From: an uncultured bacterium
GTDB taxonomy: Bacteria > Patescibacteriota > Minisyncoccia > Phycocordibacterales > PALSA-1337
Reading direction: 5' to 3'
Assembly (NCBI GenBank): GCA_963848635.1
Contig: CAWKEA010000005.1
Location: 257,526-321,525, forward strand
DNA: 64,000 bases
The translations under genes and the position numbers were made by a program. Each line of letters starts with the position of its first letter. Position 1 is the stretch's first letter. The notes below the pieces were generated by a model. It had not been told where the DNA came from. It did not search any database and worked only from the letters and a program-made list of their open reading frames with translations. Of the stretch, positions 27,290 to 38,100 are shown one piece after another.

Positions 27290-28567
27290 TTATGAGTTCT
27301 TAAATGTTAAGATTTTTTTAAACCTCTCCTCATCCTTGTAGTTTCCAACGATAGCCAGGTTGAGATTTTTGTCAACAAATATCTTTTTGGCGACTTCGAG
27401 GACGTCGTCGGCAGTGACCGCGCGGATCTTGGCGATGGTCTCTTCGGGTGTCTTCACTTTTCCTTCCAACACTTCCCTGCCGCCGGCGTAGTTCGCCAAT
27501 GCATCAGACGTCTCGAGCGAGAGCATGATGTTGCCTGCGATGAAGTCCTTGATCTTGACGAGCTCGGCATCCGTGACTTTTTCACGCGTGGTGCGGGCGA
27601 GCTCGGCCAGGATGACTTTGATCGCCTCGTCGACGCGGGAATTGTCGACGCCGGCATCGACAGCAAAGATTCCATGATCAGTGTAGAGGTCGCTGTCGGC
27701 GCTCACGTAATAGCAGATGCCCATCTCGTTGCGCAGTTTGTCAAAGAGGCGCGAGCTCATGCCTTTGCCGAGAATGGCGGCGAGGACAGACAAGGCCGCA
27801 CGATACGGGCTATCGATCGGGAACGAGCGCACGCCGATGATGAGGTGCGACTGGTCGGTCTCCTTTAGACCGATCTGGACGCGAGGTCCATCCTGCTCTT
27901 CTTTTACTTTGACCTTCTCTTTCTTTTTCAAGGAAGAAATGCCTGCAAAGGATTTTTCGACGTCAGCCACTATCTTCTTCTCGTCGAAATGGCCTGAGAC
28001 GACCACCGTCGTTGCCTCTGCGACGTAGTGCGCGCTACGATATGCAACGACTGCGTCGCGAGTGAAGCTACGAACGTTCCCTTCGGTACCGGCGATATCC
28101 CAACCGACTGGCTGGTCGCCGTAGACAAGCTCAAAGAAGATGCGAGCCACCTTTGCCTGCGGCATGTCTTCGTACATACGGATCTCTTCGACAATGACGC
28201 CCTTCTCCTTTTCCATTTCAGCCGCATCGAGCAACGGATTGTTATAGAGGTCGGCCACGATGTCGAGCGCGAGGGCCGCGTGACGAGAGTCTACTTTTGC
28301 GTAATAACCGGTATATTCCTGGCTCGTAAACGCATTGTGCTGTGCGCCGATCGAATCGAACTCGCGCGATATGTCGGCAGACTTTGGCCTCCGCGGCGTG
28401 CCTTTGAAGACCATATGTTCAAGGAAATGCGAGATGCCGTTCTCTGCCTTGGTCTCATATTTCGAGCCAGCCGCAACCATGACGAGCACGGTGACTGACG
28501 GATTGTCGTTCATTGGGATCGTAATGACGCGGAGACCGTTTGAAAGAATAGTCTTATTAAACTTCAT
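27290..28567 (-). CDS. M16-family zinc peptidase (insulinase-like)
   Basis: The inverted zinc-binding motif GISHFLEHMVFKGT (HxxEH) sits near the N-terminus. 425 aa with the two-domain M16 architecture. Confidence 0.88.
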   Translation of the reverse strand: MKFNKTILSNGLRVITIPMNDNPSVTVLVMVAAGSKYETKAENGISHFLEHMVFKGTPRRPKSADISREFDSIGAQHNAFTSQEYTGYYAKVDSRHAALALDIVADLYNNPLLDAAEMEKEKGVIVEEIRMYEDMPQAKVARIFFELVYGDQPVGWDIAGTEGNVRSFTRDAVVAYRSAHYVAEATTVVVSGHFDEKKIVADVEKSFAGISSLKKKEKVKVKEEQDGPRVQIGLKETDQSHLIIGVRSFPIDSPYRAALSVLAAILGKGMSSRLFDKLRNEMGICYYVSADSDLYTDHGIFAVDAGVDNSRVDEAIKVILAELARTTREKVTDAELVKIKDFIAGNIMLSLETSDALANYAGGREVLEGKVKTPEETIAKIRAVTADDVLEVAKKIFVDKNLNLAIVGNYKDEERFKKILTFKNS

Positions 28568-28583
28568 TCAAACATTTTATCAA

Positions 28584-28616
28584 ATAATTTCTAATTGACC
28601 TAATTTCTAATTGACC
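28584..28616. repeat. left 28-bp inverted repeat (tandem TAATTTCTAATTGACC units) flanking the four-helix-bundle gene
   Basis: aatttctaattgacctaatttctaattgacc matches the reverse complement of 28969-28998 at 27 of 28 positions. Confidence 0.75.
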
Positions 28617-28622
28617 TAAAAA

Positions 28623-28967
28623 TTACTTCATTTTCTTGAATATGGCATTGAAGATTAGGTTCAACTCTTTTGCTTCAATCCACAATAATCTAGCCTTATC
28701 TCTCGTGCTTGGTGCCGCAGTGACAATCATTCTTAAAAAATGCTTTACTTCCCTTGATTCTTTTTTACATATACCGATCTTATGCTTGAAATCCGCTCTG
28801 CTCTCAGCATCATCAGCCTCACAATAATTTGCCCCAACAGAGGTGCCGCATTTCACCAACTGCCTTATAAGCGGCCTTGTTACGTCATCTTTATCCAATT
28901 TTCTACAAAAATTTATTATTGATTCACCGAACTTTGCAGTTCTTTCCTCAAGATCAAACTTTTTCAT
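28623..28967 (-). CDS. four-helix-bundle protein (TIGR02436 / '23S rRNA intervening-sequence protein' family)
   Basis: 114 aa. LIRQLVKCGTSVGANYCEADDAESRADFKHKIGICKKESREVKHFLRMI fits the family pattern (L..Q.......N..E......S...F.....I...E..E....L). The gene lies in the loop between the two IRs. Confidence 0.65.
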   Translation of the reverse strand: MKKFDLEERTAKFGESIINFCRKLDKDDVTRPLIRQLVKCGTSVGANYCEADDAESRADFKHKIGICKKESREVKHFLRMIVTAAPSTRDKARLLWIEAKELNLIFNAIFKKMK

Positions 28968-28968
28968 T

Positions 28969-28998
28969 AGTAATTAGAAATTAGGTCAATTAGAAATT
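28969..28998. repeat. right inverted repeat; overlaps the glyQS stop codon (encodes ...KISN*)
   Basis: taattagaaattaggtcaattagaaatt. The GlyRS terminal codons AAA ATT TCT AAT TGA are the reverse complement of 28986-29000. Confidence 0.75.
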
Positions 28999-30342
28999 TT
29001 ATCTGAAATATATTTAACTAAATCCTTTTCACTTATCCTCTCCTGCTTGCCAGAGTCCCTGTCGCGGACGGTCACACCTGCGTTCTTTTCGATGGTATCG
29101 AAATCGATCGTGACGCAGAACGGCGTGCCGATCTCGTCTTGGCGGCGATAGCGCTTGCCGATGTTGCCGTTGTCGTCGAATTCGACGGCTTTGAATTCTT
29201 TTTTGAGCGCTGCAGTAAACCTCCTTGGCCTTTTTGACCAATTCAGGTTTGTTTTTGAGCAAAGGAAATACGGCGACTTTGACCGGAGCCACTGACGGTG
29301 CGAGTCTGAGATATACCCTCTTCTCGCCGCCCATCTCGTCTTCGACATATGCCGAAGTGAGGACCGCCAAGACTGCCCTGTCTACGCCGACTGACGGCTC
29401 GATGACATGAGGGATGAAGCGTTGCTTGGTCTCTTCGTCGAAATATGAGAGATCGACGCCAGAGGTAGCGCTATGCGCTTTGAGGTCGAAGTCAGTGCGG
29501 TATGCAAGGCCATATAATTCCTTTTGACCAAAAGGATAGTCGAATTCTATATCAGTCGTCTTCTTTGAATAGTGCGAAAGCTCTTCTTTTGCATGATCGC
29601 GGAGATGGATCTTTTCCTTGGGCAAGCCGATCTCAAGGCACCAATCCATGCGGATCTTTTCCCAGATGTCGAATTGTTTCTCCCAGTCTTTCGGATCTAT
29701 GAAGTACTCGACTTCCATTTGCTCGAATTCGCGCGCACGAAAGAGATAATCGCGCGGAGCGATCTCGTTTCGGAATGCTTTGCCTATTTGTGCCAGGCCG
29801 AACGGTAGCTTTGGATGGAAGGAATCCATGATGTTCTTGAAATTGACGAACATGCCCTGCGCCGTTTCAGGACGGAGGTACGAGATGGAGTCTTCGCTCT
29901 CGACCGCGCCGACGGTCGTCTTGAACATCATGTTGAATTGACGCGCTTCACCGAGGGCGCCGCCACAATCCGGGCATTTCTTTGCGGCCAAAAGAGCAGG
30001 ATCGATCTGATCCTCACGAAAACGATGCTTGCATTTCTTGCACTCAACGAGCGGATCAGAAAATCCCCCGACGTGGCCAGAGGCGACCCATGCCTTGGAG
30101 TTCATCAGAATCGCCGCATCCATGCCAAACATATCGTCGCGATCCTCGACAAAGCGCTTCCACCAGGTGGCTTTTATATTATTTTTAAGAGCGACTCCAT
30201 ACGGCCCATAATCCCAAGTACCAGCTAAACCTCCATATATCTCCGAGCCTTGATAAATGAAGCCCCGGCGCTTGCAGAGAGAAATGATCGCTTCCATGAT
30301 GTCTGCCCCGTTGTTCTCCTTTTCTTTTTTCATAAACAGCAT
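28986..30342 (-). CDS. glyQS: glycyl-tRNA synthetase (alpha2 type), with an apparent single-base frameshift at ~29205-29225
   Basis: [49 protein letters not shown] (GlyRS N-terminus). The 437-aa ORF turns to nonsense after ...KAKEVY. The alternate frame continues [43 protein letters not shown]...[15 protein letters not shown], the conserved GlyRS anticodon-binding C-terminus (ORF 28986..29348). Confidence 0.85.
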
Positions 30343-30758
30343 TCTACACCATTTGACCGTTTTTGCATAAAAGCGCGTCTGTCATCCTGACAAAATAAAA
30401 ACCCCCTGTCGGCGTCGTCTGCCTCGGAGGAGAAGCAATCGAACGTCGACAGGAGGCCCCATAACAGCCCCTATGGCGGCTGAAAAATAAAGCGGGCGTC
30501 ACTCCCCCTTTTTTAGGAGGGGAAGTGAGGGAGACAAGGATCATCAGGTTTTGGCTAGTGATGGTCGAACGCTTGACAAACAGCAGGTTGACAAGACCTA
30601 TCTGCCGTTCATCCCTATCTCATCGAGAAAAAAATTTCTGTTTAAAGAGAACTGTATGGACATAATCTAGCAAATGTCATACCCGGTGTCAAGGAGCAAA
30701 AAAACAGGAGCAAAAAACATCGACATCCAAGAGTGATCCGGGAGACATCGATGCTTTT

Positions 30759-32699
30759 TTACTGGGTCACGAGATCGTCTCCACTCTGGAAACCAGGATC
30801 AGTGCTCACGCGCGTAGTCAAAGCTCCCCAGGAGCTATAGACGGTGGCACCGGTAAAATTATCTGTGGCCGAGAGGGCGGAAGGATTGAGGAGAGTCGGC
30901 GCCTGGTTGACGTCAGTGACGCTCGGATGCAGGGCGACTTGGAAAGAAACTTGTCGAGGCGTCTGCCCATTCTGGCCTAAATACGCCGCGAGAGTGCCGG
31001 CATTCCATGTGACAGTGCGGCTGCCGGTATCGTATTGTACATTTTCCGATTGCGGACTGACGAAACCGAGCCATGTGACGTTTTCCGGCAATGTTGACGA
31101 TATGCTGGCGCCCGAAACAGTGTTCGATGAATTGCCGATAGTCCAGACGATGGTATAAGTCGTGGTAGCTTCTGCTTTTGGCGGGAACGGACCAGAATTA
31201 GAGAAAGGGCCGTCGGTATATAAAGCTTCAGCGGAAAGAGCGACGCTCGAAGAGATCTTGACTGACCGCGAGACGCTCTCAGTCAAGGACTGCGGGACAT
31301 TGCTCTCCGAAGTCCTCTGTCCATCGATCGAGATCGAGAGACCTACGCTTGGGTCGGATACGGGCACAGCCGGCGTACCGGTATCCTGCGGAGTGAAGCT
31401 GAAGACGACAGATCCCGACCCTCCAGCGGGAATCGATTCGAGGGCCGGCGTGTTTGTCTTGTCCCACGTGATCTCATCGTTCGACGAATCATAAAAGCCT
31501 CCATTCGCCAAGACCGAGCCCTTGTCATACGCATTTCCGGAAAAGACAAGATGAATCTCGGCATCGGAAACAGCGTCAGGCAGATTGTTGAACCACGAGA
31601 TAGTTGCTGTTATAGGCTTACCGAACTGGCTGATGTAATCTCCCGATCCAGAGACGTCGCCTTGGCCGAATGAAAGGGCCGCAGTGATAAAAGGCTTCTG
31701 CAAAGTAACCGCCTCCGAAGCATCGGTATATTCCGTGCCGATGACGGACGGACTGCCGGATTCTGACGCCCCGGCGATAAAATGAAAAATCCTGCTGTCT
31801 TGATCTTGCCCCTGCAAAATCCCGCTCATGGTGATCGTTTTCGATTGCCCCGGCTGGATATCACCTACATTCCATGTGGCTTTATCGGCGAGCGGCGCCT
31901 GATCGGAAGAGACAAATGAATAGCCGAACGGATAAACGACATTGAGCAGGACATCCTTTATCGTGGACTGGGAATTAGAAGTCAGATTGACCGTCATATC
32001 GAACTTCTGTCCGGCCGTCACCTGGCTGAACGAGGTGACCGACAAGTTCAGAGGCGACGAGCTGATGAGCACGTCATAGGCCTTGTCCTTTTCAAAAGTG
32101 GCATTCGATCCTGGGACCTGATAAAAGACTTTGACGACGATCTCCTTCGTGGAATTCTCCTGTCCATACAGGTCGGCGTTGACGGTACGTTGCGTCACGC
32201 CTCCTGGATTTATATCGTCCATGAGCGTCTCATACGTCTTTTGTTCGCTGGTTGTATTCGTCGGATCGACTGAACCCGTCGGGAAATCGACTTCGAGGTC
32301 GACCGTGGTCAGTTTAACGTTGTTTCCGTTCGTGACCGCAACGCCAAACGAGAACGGGGTGCCGCCGGCGATCGATATCGGCCCGTTCACTGCTATGTCG
32401 AGATTATTGGCCGAGATAAGATTCGACCCATTGAAAAACAGATACGCCCCGATGCCGAGGCACAGAAGAAAAAAAACAGCTGAACCGATGAGTATTTTTG
32501 TGAAGAAAGACATTGAGTGGTCGCGGTATGCGGTGGTGAGCTTTTCTGCATCGGCATCTTCCGGGGCATGCGCCCAGTCTTTTGGCACATCAGTCTCCTC
32601 GGGGCTCGCGCGAAAACGGCGGCGCGTGCGGATGTCGGAAGTGGCGCGTGAATAGAGCGATTTTTTCAGATCTTCTATTGAATCTGAATCAGAGGGCAT
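30759..32699 (-). CDS. large membrane-anchored extracellular protein with repeated beta (CARDB/DUF11-like) domains
   Basis: 646 aa. Basic cytoplasmic N-terminus, a single TM (FFTKILIGSAVFFLLCLGIGAYLFF), then ~550 aa of T/S/N/G-rich beta repeats. Confidence 0.7.
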   Translation of the reverse strand: MPSDSDSIEDLKKSLYSRATSDIRTRRRFRASPEETDVPKDWAHAPEDADAEKLTTAYRDHSMSFFTKILIGSAVFFLLCLGIGAYLFFNGSNLISANNLDIAVNGPISIAGGTPFSFGVAVTNGNNVKLTTVDLEVDFPTGSVDPTNTTSEQKTYETLMDDINPGGVTQRTVNADLYGQENSTKEIVVKVFYQVPGSNATFEKDKAYDVLISSSPLNLSVTSFSQVTAGQKFDMTVNLTSNSQSTIKDVLLNVVYPFGYSFVSSDQAPLADKATWNVGDIQPGQSKTITMSGILQGQDQDSRIFHFIAGASESGSPSVIGTEYTDASEAVTLQKPFITAALSFGQGDVSGSGDYISQFGKPITATISWFNNLPDAVSDAEIHLVFSGNAYDKGSVLANGGFYDSSNDEITWDKTNTPALESIPAGGSGSVVFSFTPQDTGTPAVPVSDPSVGLSISIDGQRTSESNVPQSLTESVSRSVKISSSVALSAEALYTDGPFSNSGPFPPKAEATTTYTIVWTIGNSSNTVSGASISSTLPENVTWLGFVSPQSENVQYDTGSRTVTWNAGTLAAYLGQNGQTPRQVSFQVALHPSVTDVNQAPTLLNPSALSATDNFTGATVYSSWGALTTRVSTDPGFQSGDDLVTQ

Positions 32700-32734
32700 G
32701 ATGATGAATTATACCACATATGCTGCTTTCCCGA

Positions 32735-34555
32735 CTATTCCACTGTAACCGATTTTGCCAAGTTTCTCGGCCTGTCAACATTCACACTCCTTGCAACAGC
32801 AAGATAATATGCGAATAGCTGTAACGGCACGATCGAAAGGATAGGGGTCAGCATGTCAATTGTCTCGGGTATAAAAATGAGATCGTCGACATTTTTTGAT
32901 AGACTCTCATTGCCTTCAGTCGTTATAGCCAAGACTTTGCCTTTTCGTGCCTTTATTTCCTGTATATTAGAGACCACTTTTTCATACACGCTGTCTTTCG
33001 GAGCGATGACGACCGTTGGAAAATGCTCGTCAATCATGGCGAGCGGCCCATGTTTCATCTCGCCTGCGCTGTATCCTTCCGCATGTATATACGAGACTTC
33101 TTTGAGTTTGAGGGCGCCTTCGAGAGCTATCGGGTAGCTATACTTGCGTCCAATGTAGAGAAAATCTCGATAATCGGAATATTTCTTTGAAAGCGATCTG
33201 ATTTGCTCGCACTGATTGAATATGTTTTTGATCTTTTCCGGCAAGATCGCGAGTTCGTCTGTTATCTTCTTGCCCTCATCGGATGACATCTGCCTCTGTC
33301 TCCCTAAAAACACGGTCAGCAGAGCGAGAGCTGTCAGTTGGGACAAGAACGCCTTTGTGGAAGCAACGCTCACTTCCGGACCTGCATGATTGAAGATGCC
33401 AGCATCAGTGTCACGAGCGATGGTCGAACCGACAGTATTGACGATGCCGAGGGTTAATATGCCTTTCCGCTTTGCTTCGCGTATGGCTTCGAGGGTATCT
33501 GCGGTCTCGCCCGATTGCGAGATCGCAACAAGAGCAGTCTCGCTGTCCATGACCGGTTTGCGGTAGCGGAACTCGGACCCTACTTCGACCTCGACAGGTA
33601 TCCCAGCGTATTCCTCGATCATGTATTCCCCGACGAGCCCGGCGTAATAGGCAGTGCCACAACCGACGATGATCAACCTCTTTATCTTTTGCAATCTGTC
33701 CGCGACAGCTTCCAGACCGCCGAGCTTGACCAAGCCCTCTCCATGTACCAGACGTCCGCGTAGGGTGTTCTTGACGACATTCGGGCCCTCCATTATTTCT
33801 TTTAACATGAAATGCTCATATCCGTCTTTTTGCACCTGATCCATATCCCCTTCGATCAGCTCTGCCAGCCTATGTATAGGGTCATGTTTGAGGTCATAAA
33901 GCCTATAGGAATCGGAAGTTATGACTGCAATGTCGCCGTCGTTCAGATAAAGGATGTTCTTTGTGTGCCTCAATATCGGTGTGCGGTCAGAGGCGACGAA
34001 GTTCTCATGTTCACCAAGACCCAAAACGACTGGCGCGCCCATACGAGCGGCGATGATAGTCCCGGGTTCCTTCGCATATGAAAAAATGGCCCCGTACGTG
34101 CCGCGAACTTCATTCAAGGCGGCTATGATTGACTTTTCAAATGATCTTTCAGTCCGGAGATGCTCTTCCACGAGGTGAGCCAATACTTCAGTATCAGTCT
34201 CCGAGATGAATGTATGTCCCGAATCTTTCAGTCTATCTTTAATCTTCTGATGATTCTCGATTATGCCATTGTGAACAACCCAGATCTCACGGGAACAATC
34301 ATGATGGGGATGAGCATTGACCTCCGTCGGCTCGCCATGGGTGGCCCAGCGCAGATGAGCGATGCCGCTCGTGCCTTTCATTCCTTTCGGCAATTTAGCT
34401 TTTAGGTTATCGACTGCGCCGACTGATTTGACGGAACCGGATTCTGGGCAATATATACCAACAGAATCGTAGCCCCGGTACTCGAGTGACGTTAGCCCAT
34501 CGACGAGGATAGGCACTGCCTGTTTTTTCCCGACATATCCAAATATTCCGCACAT
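32735..34555 (-). CDS. glmS: glutamine--fructose-6-phosphate aminotransferase
   Basis: MCGIFGYVG (N-terminal nucleophile Cys), two SIS domains, C-terminal ...KSVTVE. Confidence 0.95.
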   Translation of the reverse strand: MCGIFGYVGKKQAVPILVDGLTSLEYRGYDSVGIYCPESGSVKSVGAVDNLKAKLPKGMKGTSGIAHLRWATHGEPTEVNAHPHHDCSREIWVVHNGIIENHQKIKDRLKDSGHTFISETDTEVLAHLVEEHLRTERSFEKSIIAALNEVRGTYGAIFSYAKEPGTIIAARMGAPVVLGLGEHENFVASDRTPILRHTKNILYLNDGDIAVITSDSYRLYDLKHDPIHRLAELIEGDMDQVQKDGYEHFMLKEIMEGPNVVKNTLRGRLVHGEGLVKLGGLEAVADRLQKIKRLIIVGCGTAYYAGLVGEYMIEEYAGIPVEVEVGSEFRYRKPVMDSETALVAISQSGETADTLEAIREAKRKGILTLGIVNTVGSTIARDTDAGIFNHAGPEVSVASTKAFLSQLTALALLTVFLGRQRQMSSDEGKKITDELAILPEKIKNIFNQCEQIRSLSKKYSDYRDFLYIGRKYSYPIALEGALKLKEVSYIHAEGYSAGEMKHGPLAMIDEHFPTVVIAPKDSVYEKVVSNIQEIKARKGKVLAITTEGNESLSKNVDDLIFIPETIDMLTPILSIVPLQLFAYYLAVARSVNVDRPRNLAKSVTVE

Positions 34556-34592
34556 AGTTAAAGGATACCATGCAGGCGAATATTGTGAAATT

Positions 34593-35189
34593 CTATAGAT
34601 GGCTCTCTGTCAGGCCTTTGTTTATGGCAAAGATAAGCTGCGGCACGAGCGGCTTTGCCGTGGCGACAAGATCGATATCCATCATCAAAGGAACGACCAA
34701 AGCCTCCGTCGTCGCGTCGGATTTTATGTAGCCGAGCGCGTAGAGGATGCGAAACACAGCCAACGTTTCGATCGCAGAGATGTCGATCTCTGATCTCTTT
34801 TCTTCGACGAGGAGGCGATGCAGACAAAAAAGCGTCATGAAGACCGGCTCGTTCTTTTCTTCGCCACGGACAAGACGGCGGATCAAGGACAGAACGCGCG
34901 CATATGCGGCCAAAGCTTCACCATTCGATTCTGCCGATTCGAGGGCCGTGATGCTTTCGATCTCTTCTGCTCCGACAAGCCTCCAAATATCTCTACCTTG
35001 CACAAGCGTAAAATCCCTCATAGAAAGATCCTGCGTATGATAGCGAAGCTTTGAGACAGAGTGGCGGACGCCCGCGGCCACTGCGGTGACCAAGCCAAAA
35101 TCTTCCGTATAGATGGACAATATCTTGTCCGCCTCGCGATAGGCCGAGGCGGAGACGATGAGCCCTCGGGTTGTGTATTTCTCGTGCAT
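34593..35189 (-). CDS. recO: DNA repair protein RecO (short form)
   Basis: TRGLIVSASAYREADKILSIYTEDFGLVTAVAAGVRHSVSKL matches the RecO N-terminal OB-fold pattern. Confidence 0.7.
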   Translation of the reverse strand: MHEKYTTRGLIVSASAYREADKILSIYTEDFGLVTAVAAGVRHSVSKLRYHTQDLSMRDFTLVQGRDIWRLVGAEEIESITALESAESNGEALAAYARVLSLIRRLVRGEEKNEPVFMTLFCLHRLLVEEKRSEIDISAIETLAVFRILYALGYIKSDATTEALVVPLMMDIDLVATAKPLVPQLIFAINKGLTESHL

Positions 35190-35197
35190 TGTTTGTC

Positions 35198-38100
35198 TTA
35201 TAAGACGAGGTCGAACTTGATGCCAGCTGTGGCATCAACTACTGCACCATTTACAACAATCTCAATATTCTTCAACAATACCGCCTTCACGAGCTCTTCC
35301 TTGTTCCTTTCGATGAAAGCCTCCCCCGCCTTGTCCGCGGCAAAGACCTTGAGGATCGGCCGATCCTGTATCGTGAGCTTTTGCTCCTTGCGCCTATCCT
35401 GGATGGCGCGCATGAGGTCGCGCAGTTCCCCTTCTTCTTTCAATTCAGGCGTTATGTTCAGATCAAGCTCAACTTCTGTGCTGATACTTCCATCAACAAC
35501 GACTTCCTTCACATTGACTTCTTCGTTGATCAAATCAAGCAAGTTTTTGTCTTCAATTTTGAACTTTGCATTTTGCACTTTCAATTTTGAGAGCGGCTGT
35601 CTGACGTTTATCTTTGCTTTTGAGCGAGCTTCGAGGCCAAGGGATGCTATGTCGCGGACAAGCTTCATATTCTCAATCAGATCTTTGTCGATTGCACTGA
35701 GAGCGGGCCAACTCTCGAGATGCACGCTTTCACGGCCGCCTTTCAGTCTCATGTAGACGTCTTCGGCAAGGAACGGCATGAACGGCGCTAGTAATTTTGA
35801 TACTTCAAGGAAAACGAGGCGCGTCGTTGCGAGAGCGGCCGACTTATCAGCTTCATCTTCCCCCTTGAACCTGTCTCGCGAGCGACGCAAATACCATGTA
35901 GAAAGGTCATCGATAAAATCTGCAAACGGCCTCGTCGCCTTGTCGAGCTCATATTTCTCCATTCCTTCAGTCACCTCCTTGTTCAATTCATTCAGGCGAG
36001 AGACGATCCATCGGTCAAGGATGTTTTTGCTTGCATCGCTTCGCGACGGAATGGTCTCGCTCACACGAAATTCTTCTGTTGAAGAATTTCTCCGTTCCGC
36101 GCCGTCGCGCTCCACGAGGTTCGCTCGACCCATTCCGGTCGCTTCGCCTGCATACAATTCATAGAACGTCACGACATTCAAAAGCCTGCCGATGTGCTTC
36201 TTGACCACTTCATCGACGCCCTTTTCTGAAAAACAGAATTCCTGGGCACGAACAGCAGGAGAAGACAAGAGATAGTAGCGCAAGGCATCGGCTCCATATT
36301 TCCGGACGACAGGCATGAGATCAGGGAAATTATTCTTTGATTTGGACATCTTTTGCCCGTCTTCAGCCAGAATGATGCCATTGACAACGACATTTTTATA
36401 TGGCGCTCGGCCAAAAAGCGCCGTACCGAGCACGATCATGCTATAGAACCATCCGCGCGTCTGATCGACACCTTCAGCAATGAAATCCGCAGGATATCCC
36501 CTACTTTTCCCCAACTTATCCCCAGTTATCTTTGCGAGGAATCCCCTCGCTGGATCGAATTCTTTTGTATCAAAAGGATAATGCGCCTCGCCGAACGGCA
36601 TCGAGCCTGATTCGAACCAGCAATCGAAGACTTCCTCGACGCGCTTTAGTTTTTCGCCGCCCGGCAGATGCAATTCGATATCATCGATGTATGGCCTGTG
36701 CAAATCGATCTCGAAATCGTCATTGTGCGGCAGTGGCACAAAATCGAGCTTTTCAGGAGCGGCGTTATCGAAATAATGGAGCTTGCGGTTTCTGAGATTG
36801 AGGGTCCCTTTGTCATCGAGCCCGAGCGAAACAGATGCCAGCATAAAAGCCGGCGCATCGTGAGTGACGATAAGGATGTTCTTGCCTACATACCTCCTCT
36901 CCATGTCATAGATAAAACTGCCGACCCGCTTTCGGATATCGGCGTAGTTCTCCCCCTTTGGAAGGCGAATAGAAAAGCGCTTCTCATGCGGGAAAGCTTC
37001 CATGAACTCATCGAATGGCTTGCCGTCATAGATGCCGGAATCCAATTCGTGAAGACGATCGTCGACGATGATATTTTTCTTCGGAAAATCCAGTCCAGCC
37101 GCAAGGATATCTGCAGTCTCTTTTGTGCGGACAAAAGGCGAGACAAAGATGATATCGATCTTCTTGTCGGCAAAGAATGCCGCCGCAGCCTTCACTTGCG
37201 CCTTTCCTTTCTCTGTCAGATGCTTTGGGTCGGTTGCTTTCGCGCTCATGACGCCGAGCGTGTTATTCTCCGCTTCGCCATGACGCATGATGTAGTAGGA
37301 GTTTTTGGCTTGCGAATGCTTCCTGAGGTCGTTGATCGAACCGAAGCAATGGATAGAGCCTGACTTTTCGCCGCGCCAGACCGGGATCGGAGCGCCCCAA
37401 AAACGCGAGCGGGAGATGGCCCAGTCGCGAGCTCCCGCGAGCCAGTTGCCGAAACGTCCTTCGCCGACTTCTGGCGGAGTCCAACTGACTTTGCCGTTCG
37501 CGGCAACGAGCTTGTCCTTGAAATCGCTGACGCGCACGAACCATGACGACGCGGCATAATTGAGGAGCGGCGTGTCGCAACGCCAACAATGCGGATACGA
37601 GTGCGTCATATTCTCCTTTGCAAAGAGAAGGCCTTTTTCTTGGAGCCACTGGATGACTTTTATATCCGTGCGCAAATGCGCGTCCTTGTCTTCCGGCGTA
37701 TCCTTTGGCTTTACTTTCAAACCTGAAAAATCAACGACTTCTTTTTTGAACGTGCCGTCGATATTGACGTGCTGAACGAACGGCAGATTTTCCTTTTGTC
37801 CGAGCGCATAGTCATCAGCGCCGAACGCAGGCGCGATATGGACGATGCCGGTGCCGTCGGTCGTCGTGACAAAATCGGCGGCATATACTTTCCAGCCGTT
37901 TTCGCGATTCTTGAGACTTGTGTCTTTTGAATAATAGTCAAAGAGGGGCACGTAGGATTTGCCGACGAGGTCGGAACCCTTCATCTCTGCGACGATTTCA
38001 TATGCTTCTTTTTTGAAAGTTGCCTCGAGCCTTTCTTTTGCACAAATATAAAAAACTTGATTCTCTCCGCCAACGACAACAGGAACACTTTTTCTACCCC

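Noticed and set aside
34555-34593. glmS ribozyme upstream of glmS
   Set aside because: Only 37 nt separate recO and glmS, which leaves no room for the ~170-nt ribozyme.
35061-37363. Plus-strand ORFs 35061..35756 and 36668..37363 (231 aa each)
   Set aside because: They are antisense to ileS, which is continuous for 1270 aa with class-I aaRS motifs.
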